DNA from: Amoebidium appalachense
Lineage: Eukaryota > Protista > Ichthyosporea
NCBI GenBank assembly: GCA_963693365.1
Contig: CAVNZM010000004.1
Coordinates: forward strand, 1,198,448 to 1,262,447
Length of the DNA: 64,000 nucleotides
Reading direction: 5' to 3'
The translations under genes and the position numbers were made by a program. This document shows positions 27,060 through 36,865 of this stretch, piece by piece. The notes beneath the pieces are model-generated. The model made no database searches and was not told the DNA's origin. It saw only the letters and a list, made by a program, of their open reading frames with translations. Numbering within the stretch: position 1 is the first letter of the stretch; each line of letters begins with the position of its first letter.

Positions 27060-28295
27060 GTGTGCCCCCCCCCCCCCCCCCCCCCCCGTTCATCTACAGT
27101 GGTCTTCAAGTAGGTTGGGGCTCTGGCCAGTGGTCTACACATCACCGTGTAGAGACACCTCCCAACGAAAGTCTACTGCTGTCTTCATCGATCTTCAGTG
27201 TGTGCATCTTCAGTGGGGAATTCTTTCTTCACCATCCGTCGTTTATTTATATACCACCATATATATTGGTTTTCCATAGTATATTCGACTTATGTATATG
27301 TCGAACTGGGATGGCGTCCCAGTATAAATAATTATCTATAGCCAATGCGTGCTGGTTGACTGCCAGTCTAAACCTAGTCCTCGGGATGTACCTTCCCCGT
27401 GTCTAACTGGTTGACCACCAGTCTATAAATCAGTCCACAAGATGTTCATGCCTTGTGTTTATCTGGGTGGTCCCCAGTATAAAACATTAGCCACCAACAC
27501 GTCCCACATACACTAGTGTTTTCTTATATATATATATCGTCGTTGGCTACCGTCATGTTCCGAGTCTTCCGAAGCAACCGTCGTTGTGTACTTCTTCCGT
27601 TTTTGGTTTTCTTCCCCGGCTTGCCCCTCCAGTCTTCTCCATTTGTCTTCTCGAGTGGGGAAACTTGACTGTGACGTCACTGCACCTGCTTCTACAAGTG
27701 TGAGAGTATTGACATCAACAGTCACATCAACAAACTTCACGAGATCCCAACTTCCAACACTTGAGTGGGGATGTTATCTTCCCATGATTAACGGCAAGAC
27801 TTAGAAGTTGAGTGTATATATGTTTATTGGTTTGTTGTAGTTCGTTTCCTTTTCCCTTTTCCTTTCTTTCTTTCCTTTCTGTTCCGTGTGCACAGATATC
27901 TTAGATCTGTGTACACATCGAGATATTTAGCCCGCGCACACGTATTGTCGTTTGTGTTAATGTCTAAATAAGTCATCCAATCAAATCTCGTTATATATTC
28001 CCAAATATAGTAACCTACATTCCTTTCCCATTCCACTCCTTTCTCTCCTCATTCCTTTCCTTCCTTTTCCCACGACGTAGAATTGCTCTATGTTCCCCAA
28101 CTATTAGGAATACTTATATTTAGACGTGTTATGTTAAGATCGTGTATAAATATATGATATGATCTAATAGAAACATAAGTGGTTTCATTTTGTTAAATGT
28201 TTCCGTACCTTTATTAGAAGATTGCTTTCATTAGAGGATTGCGTTTTATCTTCTATGTGTCGACAGGCATTTCTATCGATTTATTTTACCCTCAT

Positions 28296-29675
28296 TTTTT
28301 TTTTTTTTTTTTTATCCCGTTTCACTCCCGGAGGCACTGCCTAAGGGGAGCTAACGTCTTCCACAGTAGACACACGAATGTGCTCTCTACATAGTGCAAC
28401 TATAAGTCAGGATACATAATCCCGACTGTCACTACATATTCTGGCAATTCTTAGCCCACGGGGTTGCCGCAGTCACGCTAGTGGGGATTGAGCAAACTCA
28501 CTTCAACCAACACCTAGCCAGGAGTGACCCGGGGGAAAATAAAAGGGTATAAGCAAGAAAAAATGTTCGGAAAGTTAGAAACAATACAATAAGACGAAGC
28601 AGTGTGTTCGTGCTGCTCTGCATGGTGGAAAAGAAAGAAAGAAGAGCAGTGTGTTGGTGCTGCTCGGCATGGTAGAAGACTAGAGCAGGGTGTTGGTGCT
28701 GCTCGGCATGGTAGAAGACACTAGAGCAGGGTGTTGGTGCTGCTCGGCATGGTAGAAGACAATAGAGCAGGGTGTTGGTGCTGCTCGGCATGGTAGAAGA
28801 CACTAGAGCAGGGTGTTGGTGCTGCTCGGCATGGTAGAAGACACTAGAGCAGGGTGTTGGTGCTGCTCGGCATGGTAGAAGACACTAGAGCAGGGTGTTG
28901 GTGCTGCTCGGCATGGTAGAAGACTAGAGCAGGGTGATGGTGCTGCTCGGCATGGTAGAAGACACTAGAGCAGGGTGTTGGTGTTGCTCGGCATGGTAGA
29001 AGACACTAGAGCAGGGTGATGGTGCTGCTCGGCATGGTAGAAGACACTAGAGCAGGGTGATGGTGCTGCTCGGCATGGTAGAAGACACTAGAGCAGGGTG
29101 TTGGTGCTGCTCGGCATGGTAGAGGACACTAGAGCAGGGTGTTGGTGCTGCTCGTCATGGTGGAAGAAGACAGCATGAAGTTCGTGCGGCCTATTGGTAT
29201 TCTTATGTTTTTCTAGAGTTTTTGACGCTTTAGTAAATTTCGTTTTTCCTGACAAAGTGCCCATGTCGCAAAACTAATAACTCGTGTTGTACTAGTCCTA
29301 CGGCAACGGCTCAAACACGGCCATGTTGCCAGCGTTTGGCTCTATGCAATGGTGTGCATGCCGCCCCTTGTGCGTAAATGTGGTGGAGTGTGGATGCAGC
29401 GGCGCACGGCCGTTTACGAAACACGTGTCGTGTTTTGTGCCTGGTCGCGATGGCCCTGTGCGTGTTAAAATTTTAAGAGAATAGGAATGTGCAAAATACG
29501 CATCTTGATTGGTTGCATTTTATCTGATGAGCCCGGAGTGGCGATCTTATTAGATAGTTAACTGCTATTTTTAAGGAATCATACTGCTTGTTCACCGATC
29601 ACATATGGTTTTGATGTGATCGGGAGCCCGACATGGCGCGACTGTTTTATTTTTTTTTTTTTTTTATTTTTTTTT
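28296..29675. mobile_element. Non-coding T-run-flanked insertion (retroposed poly(A) element or Helentron/DINE-like)
   Basis: Duplication TTTTACCCTCAT (28284-28295, 29676-29687); T-runs at both ends; absent from the sister LTR. Confidence 0.8.
28596..29170. repeat. Minisatellite, ~14 x 41-bp unit CACTAGAGCAGGGTGTTGGTGCTGCTCGGCATGGTAGAAGA
   Basis: Head-to-tail units without spacers; two 39-bp variants; terminal units diverged. Confidence 0.95.
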
Positions 29676-29939
29676 TTTTACCCTCATAGTTTTCGTATTT
29701 CTGAGTGGATAAAGTAGTTTTCGTTCTTTTGATTGGCTTAGCATTTATTATCGTTTTCACATTCCTGAGTATAAAAGGAACTTCATCTTGAAACAAATAT
29801 CAAGCAGTTGAATCATTTCCTATGGCCCCAGAAATCGTTCCACCTCTCCGGTTGTGTTTCTCCCGTGTGTCTCTGTGTTGTGTATATCATAACACCCATC
29901 TGTGCTCTCTGCTTCTCCGTTAAACCACACAAAACAACA

Positions 29940-32089
29940 ATGCTTCCCTATTTTATCACCGCCCGCTGGCCTCTCCCAGCCGCCGAGTTGGGAGCCGGAC
30001 CGATCGTTCCCGGGCACTTTTCACAGTTATTTCAACTCTTCGGCTGTTTTTGGTGCTATACGGGCGTTAAAACCCAGCAAGGCGTGCGGGCCGGATGCTC
30101 TTCCTCCCGTGCTTTTCAAGGTTCTTTCTCCTGTGCTTACGCCCCGTAATCGTGCAGAGTCCCCCCCGCCCCCGCCTTTTGCTGTCCTTCTTAGTGAGTT
30201 TTTTTCGGCTTTTTTCGAAATCTGGGTTTATTCCAAATTCGTGGCTTGACACAATCGTTACGCCCGTTCGTAAGAAGGTATCGCAGGGGGTCATTAACGA
30301 CTTTCGTCCCGTCACACTTACCAACGTTTTTCGTCGGCTCTTCGAGGGTTGCATGCTTCGCGCGTTTAACACCGACGATTCTTTAAACGCCGTGTTCCGT
30401 CTTTCTTCCCTTCAAGGGGGCTTTCGTCATGCTTATTCGTGTTATACTCACAGCCTGTTACTCCATGAATCCATTACTTCTGGCTCTCCACACGTTGTCT
30501 TCATCGACCTTAAGAACGCCTACGACACCGTACCCACTGGTTTGTTATGGCATAAGCTGGCTATGCGGGGCTTACCAGCCCCCTTTGGCCGTCTTCTGCA
30601 AGCACTGTTCGATACCACTCGCGGACGAGTGGCGGTCAATGGAACATTAACACCCTGTTTTTCCCGTTCTCGGGGTCTTCTGCAGGGGTCCCTCCTGAGT
30701 CCGTTGTTGTTTGACGTTTTCATTGACGATTTAGCCTGCGCCCTCGAACCCTTTGGCCAACTGCATACCCGCCGTGTACCGGGTCTCCTTTTTGCGGACG
30801 ATATTGTTCTTTGTTCCTTAACTGAAGATGTCATGCACCAGATGCTTCGTCAGGTAGATCAATGATGGTGCACCGAGAATCTCATGACAGTCGGAATCGC
30901 AAAGTGTGCTACTTTTTCGAAAAACGCTTCCTTTCGATTGGCCGGTCTTCCTATTCCTGTTCAGAGCACCTATGACTATTTGGGTATTCCTTTTACTGCA
31001 CGGGGTATTGATTTCCGCAAGCTCCTCACGGCACGGATCGCTCGTGCGAAGGGTAAGCTTCACATCGTGTCAAATATGTTTCAACGGGAGTCTGTGATCA
31101 AATCCTGCGAACCTTCTTCTCTACTATAAAACTTTTTTACGGCCGACTTTCGAATATGGACTTCCGCTATTGGCCTGCGCCCCACCATGCGAGGCGGCCG
31201 TGGCGCTGAAAGAGTTCGACGATTTTCAGGGTACTGCGCTGCGCACTTTGTTTCGTACTCGGTTTGTGCCTCCCTTAATCAGTATGTTTGGATTGTGGTC
31301 TGCTGTTTGTCGTATGGAGGAATTGTCTCTTCGTTTTTGTTTTCATTTAGTTAGGATACCTGATGGTCACCCTCTTTATGCTTTCTTTCCCCCCCCTCCC
31401 TCCATCCCTCTTCCCCCCCGGTTCACCAACACTACTTCTGAATGTCCTCAGCCTACCCTCTTTCAACTTGATTCTTCCTCTCGCTATCCCACTCCCTCTT
31501 TCTTTTCCTTCCTGTTTTTTCTGCCTTTTCGCGTTATTACCATACGCAGTACAAGTTTCTTTCTCGTTCTGATAGAGAAATCAAAGGTAAAACTCAGTCG
31601 GCATGTGTTATGTTCCTTAGGCAACACCGTACTGATCATTATCGCTTTTTGGGAGCATTGGCAGGATATATTTCTCCTGCTGTACGTATGGATACCACCC
31701 TAGTAGATAAGTCTGTATGGTGCTCTGATGTTGATATTGCCTGGGAAGTTGTGCAGTGGCGTTGTAATTTTTGTTTTCATCGCCGCTGGTGCCACTTTTG
31801 TGCTGAACCTTTTAATCGCAAGCATGTTGATAGGTGTGAGTTTTTATGTCGCGTTTTACCTCTTTCCCTACGCCGTCGGGTGTCTGCTACACTGGCTGGC
31901 AATGTGACCACTTTAGACTTTTTGTTGTTGGTCGTCACATTGAGTATGTATATGATTTTCACACAGTGTTCAGGTATCTCAGTATGCACTTGTTACTGGA
32001 TAACTCGTGAAGTTTTTTTTTATTGTTTTCTCAGTATGCCGTGCATACTTGCATATCTTTCCGTCGAATAAATCCAGTCAAAAGAAAAA
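29940..32089 (+). mobile_element. Non-LTR retrotransposon family M, RT region to 3' end (frameshifts and stop codon)
   Basis: KACGPD, FRPVTL, QGGFR, FIDLKNAYDTV, GLLQGSLLSPLLF, LLFADD, YDYLGI; ends GAATAAATCCAG plus an A-rich tail. Confidence 0.88.
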
Positions 32090-33146
32090 GATAGATGGGT
32101 CTACAGGCCACACAATAGGTTTCTGAGCGGGGGTCCTATCTTTAAACAGTTCCGAGAAATATTTATCAGAGTCTATGAGGGGGTCTCCAGTGGTATCACC
32201 AATAATACGAGCGGGGGGGCCAAATCGATTCATACTAGCAAGCCGGCGCAAGCTTTCCTTTTGAGACAGGGGTTCACCTAGTCTAGCGGGAGTGGTGTTT
32301 GGTAGCAAGAGAGCATCGGGATATTCCTTCCTACCACCACCAGCATAATCACCGAGATCTATTAAATCATCAACAATAAAGTTAGTGCATGTATCCAGTA
32401 CGAGATGTGAATCTGGTCTGGCTTGTGCAGATTCTAATAGGCGCATATATAAAGGGTGTTTCGTTGCATAGCATACACATACATCAACTCTACCCCACTG
32501 TGACTTAAGCTGGGATAGACGGAGGCGAAAGGTGGGAGGAGGAGGGGGGAGCAGATCAAGGGAGATCTTAGGTAGGAAAAGGATAGCCGAGAATGGTCAG
32601 ATGACCTAGAGAGGTTAGGAGGGGGAGAGAGTTTTGACATGGTTGATGGCCAAAAGGCCACTCCCCAGTCGGTGTTGTGGGCATGGGATATTTGAGGGAA
32701 CCGCAAAGTGTGACTTTGGACATACCTTGCTAAAGGGATACCACGCTCCGGGGGCTTAGATGGGTACCCGACACTCACTTGCAGTGTGTCTGTGTGGTGG
32801 AGTCGCGTGTTAAAATCACCTAAAATAACAGTGGACATTGGTAACTGTGACAACTCGTGAGTCAATTCGGCAACCGACATAGATGGTGGGTAATATACAA
32901 AAGTAAAAACATTAGAAAGAAACTCTATAGAAACCGAGAATTCCGTTTTTGCTACCGGTTTGCACTTCACTCTCACGTGTGGCGCGGTGCCTCGGTTTTT
33001 CGCGTATATACAATAGTATACCCCCGGGCCGGCGAATCAGGAAGTTTGTGGCTGGCTCGGGAAGTAGCCGAGCCGGTTCGGGAAGTAACCGGCCCGTTTC
33101 GTGCGTTTTTGGCTCAGGAAGTGCACTCCGAGAATCGAATCAAGTT
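32090..33146 (-). mobile_element. LINE family L, 5' part with APE endonuclease remnant
   Basis: VYYPPS, ILGDFNTR, SDH motifs; DSDKYFSELFKDRTPAQKPIVWPVDPSI overlaps the start of the copy at 42630. Confidence 0.85.
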
Positions 33147-33209
33147 AACCCTGGCTCAACTTGATTCGATTCTCGGAGTGCACTTCCTGAGCCAAAAACG
33201 CACGAAACG
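33095..33209. repeat. Perfect 52-bp inverted repeat with 11-nt spacer
   Basis: 33095-33146 is the reverse complement of 33158-33209. Confidence 0.95.
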
Positions 33210-33269
33210 CACCCCCCCGGTTCCCCCCCCCCTCCCCCCCCCCCCCCCCCCCCGTATCTCTCTCTCCCT

Positions 33270-33983
33270 TTGTTTCTGTGGGCACAGATATCTGTAGATC
33301 TGTGCACACCTGGCTCTCTTGCCTGATAAGAACTTATTGTATTTTATTTCTGTTTGCTCTCCTCTGTTTATCTGAGAGGTAGCGTGATTGGCTAGCCTCA
33401 CTCGTTGTCTTTCCTTTATTTCAAAATGGCTTAGTTTTGTTCTCAAAAGGATGGCTCGCCAATAGTCGCGAGCGAGTACATCTGTAGATCGTGTTGTGCA
33501 TTCCTGTTTATTAATATATGTGTGTTGTGATTGGACAATAGATATATATGGAATCGGTTTTTTGCAAAGAGTCTTCACTTTGAGAGTGTCGACTATTAGG
33601 AAATATATGTATTTAAATAAGTTTCTTTATAGAGACGAACATAAATATATATGTGAGTTAATAGTGACTAGATGTATAATTACTTAATTTATTTAAGTAA
33701 GAGTTTCTAAACTTTAGTTTAATCGGAAGTTGGAATGCGTATGCTCTGTCGGAATGTGTTTTTCTACCTTCTGATAGAACCGATTGGTCCTCCCTCTTTA
33801 GTTGTGCTAAGGTGATAAGTCGCAAGTACAAAAGGAACCGAGAGCACAATAAAGAATCAGTTGTTGTTTGAAAATCTTTCAATGTCTCGTGAACAACTCC
33901 GATTGCCCTCTCATTAATGTGTTAGTCGTGTTTTACATGACACCTCTGTGCACTCTGCTCCCTTAGACCCGTACAAAACAACA
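33270..33983 (+). repeat. Diverged, 5'-truncated copia B-like LTR
   Basis: GCACAGATATCTGTAGATCTGTGCACAC and the 3' end ...CAAAACAACA resemble the family-B LTR; 5' boundary approximate. Confidence 0.55.
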
Positions 33984-34131
33984 GGGTTAGACAATACCCC
34001 AAAAATACCCTAAAAAATACCCCACTGCCAGAAAAAAATACCCCGCCTGGAAGAGGCTGGGGTACACTACCCTTCCTGCGTAGGGTATGTGGCCGGATAG
34101 TGGAGTGTACATATAGACCCCCCCCCCCCCC

Positions 34132-34168
<37 letters not shown>

Positions 34169-34613
34169 CTTTTCTTTTGACTCGGGTTTATTGATCCCCC
34201 CGAAGCGCCAGCTGGGGTGGGAATTCGTTTTTTTTTTTTTTTTTTTTTTTATTATGTGATAGGCTATTATTTTCGTGCATGGGATAGTTCGCTCGGTTAT
34301 CCCGCACTCAGCAGTCAAGTAAAATGAATTATGGCCACCGTAATGGTAAAATTGGGGAACCTTTTGACATAATCTTAAGGTTTTGGGGGCTTTTTGTTGA
34401 CATTAAGTTACAAATGTCATGGCCTTACACCAGTCTGATGGTTGTTTTCGTTTTTTTTTTTTTTGGGGCGCGAAACTCCCTCCCCTGGCAGTCCAAAACA
34501 CAGCCTTCAAGTCAGTTGTCAGGTGACTCAGAGCCGGTTTTTTTTTAAGTTCTCACGTGTCACGCTTTCACCCGTGTTGTTTTTGGGCCCTTTCGCTGTA
34601 GGTCACTCTCTCC

Positions 34614-34988
34614 ATGGGCAAAAACGCGCTTCCTAGGGTAGCCCCTGTGGCTGCCAGCACTCGGCAGCCTGACCATCGCTTTTCAGATGGGAAGGAGCAG
34701 TCGAAGCCTGGCCCTAAAACACTCAAGTTGGGCGATTTTCTTAAACACGCTGCGGTGGTCAAGGCAAAGAAGGCCAAGCAGTCTGGTACGGTCGCCACCG
34801 AAAAGTCTGTGGGCCAGGAATCGGGTGCTAATATTTCGGTTGCCAAGGAGGTGGCGGAGGTGGTGGAGGAAAATGCAGCCGTTTCTAACCCCCCCGGCCC
34901 GGGGGAAGGGGGGGGAGGGGGGGGGGGGGGGGGGGACAACGAGAGGGATATTACGTTGGAACTGGAAAGAAAGCCCAGTTGCCTGTAG
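34614..34988 (+). other. Short K/A/E-rich ORF, possibly the N-terminus of a retroelement ORF1
   Basis: Coding-like composition only; no recognised domain. Confidence 0.2.
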
Positions 34989-34989
34989 G

Positions 34990-35178
34990 CGGAGGGAGAC
35001 AGGCAGAGAGAGAGCTGAGAGGGTAGTGAGGGAGGGGGTGGGGGTGGGGGGGAGAGGGGGAAGCTTCGGAGAGAAAGAGAGACCGGGTGTCTCAGAGCAC
35101 CGTGAGAGAGGGGGAGAGAGAGAGACAAAGAGACTCTCGGGGAGAGAGGGAGAGAGAGAAAGTAGAGAGGAGAAGGGG

Positions 35179-35250
<72 letters not shown>

Positions 35251-35421
35251 TAAAGAGCGAGGGATTGAAAACTGCCTGTGAGAGAGACTCGGGGCGGGGG
35301 GGAGGGGGGGGGGGGGAAGGGGGGGAGACGGTGAGAGAGAGAGACCGAGAGACAGAGAGAGGGAGAGGAGGAAGAACGTGAAGAGAGAGAGAGATGTCCG
35401 GAAAGCCTGGGGGAAGAGGGG

Positions 35422-35509
<88 letters not shown>

Positions 35510-35539
35510 AAGAAAGAGAGAGACTGGGGGGGGGGGGGG

Positions 35540-35571
<32 letters not shown>

Positions 35572-35661
35572 AAGAAAGAGAGAGCCTGGGGGGGAGGGGG
35601 AGAGAGAGAGAGGGAGAGAGGCAGAGAGAGGGAGAGAGAGGGAGGGAGGGAGGGAGGGAGG

Positions 35662-35697
<36 letters not shown>

Positions 35698-35765
35698 GCG
35701 AGAGAGAGAGCGAGAGAGAGAGAGAGAGAGAGAGAGACGGAGAGAGAGAGAGAAAGAGAGAGAGA
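34990..35765. repeat. (GA)n/G-rich low-complexity tract
   Basis: Seen directly. Confidence 0.9.
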
Positions 35766-36789
35766 CTTCAGATCTCTAGAAGGGGGTGCGCGGGCGCCCC
35801 AAGAGAGGAAGTGACCGTAAGAGAAATCCTCAGGAGAAAGACTTATCTAAGAAACGACCACCGTTGAAGCTAGAGACACGGAGAGAACTTAGCACACAGG
35901 AATAGGTGCGAATGTGGTGCACTAAGCAAAGCTTTTCAGCGGGCGGCACGCGCAGCGCGCCTCAGGCAATTCATTAAAGTTAGTCAGCAACACAATGTCT
36001 CTATCCTGAGATGAACAGGCGATTATAACACCTAAACGAAAGTTAGACTGGCTGTCTCAGGTTATAATGGTGCGGGTAGGTGTCATCTTCACTTAATTCT
36101 CAGCAAGACTTAGAAGTTGAGTTTGGTATTTATTTATTAGTTGTTGTAGTTTGTTTCCTTTTTCCTTTCTTCATTTCTTTCTTTCTTTTCCGTTTCCGTG
36201 TACACGACATCTTAGATCTGTGTACGTATCGACATACTTAGCTCGCGCACACGTATTGTCGTTTGCGTCAAAATCTATATATGTCATCCAATCATATCTC
36301 GTTTGTATTTTCCCAAATATAGTAACTTACATTCCTTTCTCATTTCTTTCCCACGACGTAGCATTGTGCTATGTTCTTCAACTATTAGGAATAATTATAT
36401 TTAGACGTGTTATGATAAGAACATGTATAAATATATGTTATGAATTAATAGTTACATAAGTGGTTTCATTTTATTAAATGTTTCCGTGCTTTTATTAGAA
36501 GTTTCTTTCATTGGAGGATTGAGTTTTATATTCTAAATGTCGACAGACATTTTATTCGATATATTTTACACTCATAGTTTTCATTCTTTTGATTGGTTTA
36601 TCGTTTCACATTCCCAAGTATAAAAGGGACCTCATCTTGAAATAAATCATAAGCAGTCGTATTCACTTCCTATGGTTCCAGAAATCGTTCCTCCTCTCCG
36701 GTTGTGTTTTTCCCGTGTGTCTTTGTGTTGTGTTTTACATAACACCCATCTGTGCTCTCTGCTTCTCCGTTTACCCACACAAAATAACA

Positions 36790-36812
36790 GGTTTACGGCC
36801 CCTTTGCACGCT
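36790..36812 (+). promoter_or_regulatory. Copia B PBS (tRNA-iMet-half-like, non-canonical)
   Basis: GGTTTACGGCCCCTTTGCACGCT directly after the LTR; identical in three B copies. Confidence 0.6.
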
Positions 36813-36865
36813 AACACACAATCTCGCTACAACCGCGAAAATCTCTCAGTCTTACTGCTTCAATC

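Larger units (their letters stand above)
16998..29939 (+). mobile_element. Copia family B (776-bp LTR subfamily), 3' part; own sequence 16998-17089 plus 23494-29939
   Basis: gag sequence continuous across the CCCGG TSD; pol to 27059; PPT 27763-27771; 3' LTR 27772-29939. Confidence 0.9.
27772..29939 (+). repeat. Copia B 3' LTR interrupted by a 1.38-kb insert
   Basis: 27772-28295 plus 29688-29939 reconstitute the LTR seen at 16222-16997. Confidence 0.9.

Noticed and set aside
28596-29170. CRISPR-like array
   Set aside because: Units are contiguous with no unique spacers, there are no cas genes, and the context is eukaryotic
29520-29560. Hammerhead ribozyme-like CTGATGA-stem motif
   Set aside because: Stem II is followed by GATC rather than GAAA, and stems I and III cannot be formed convincingly
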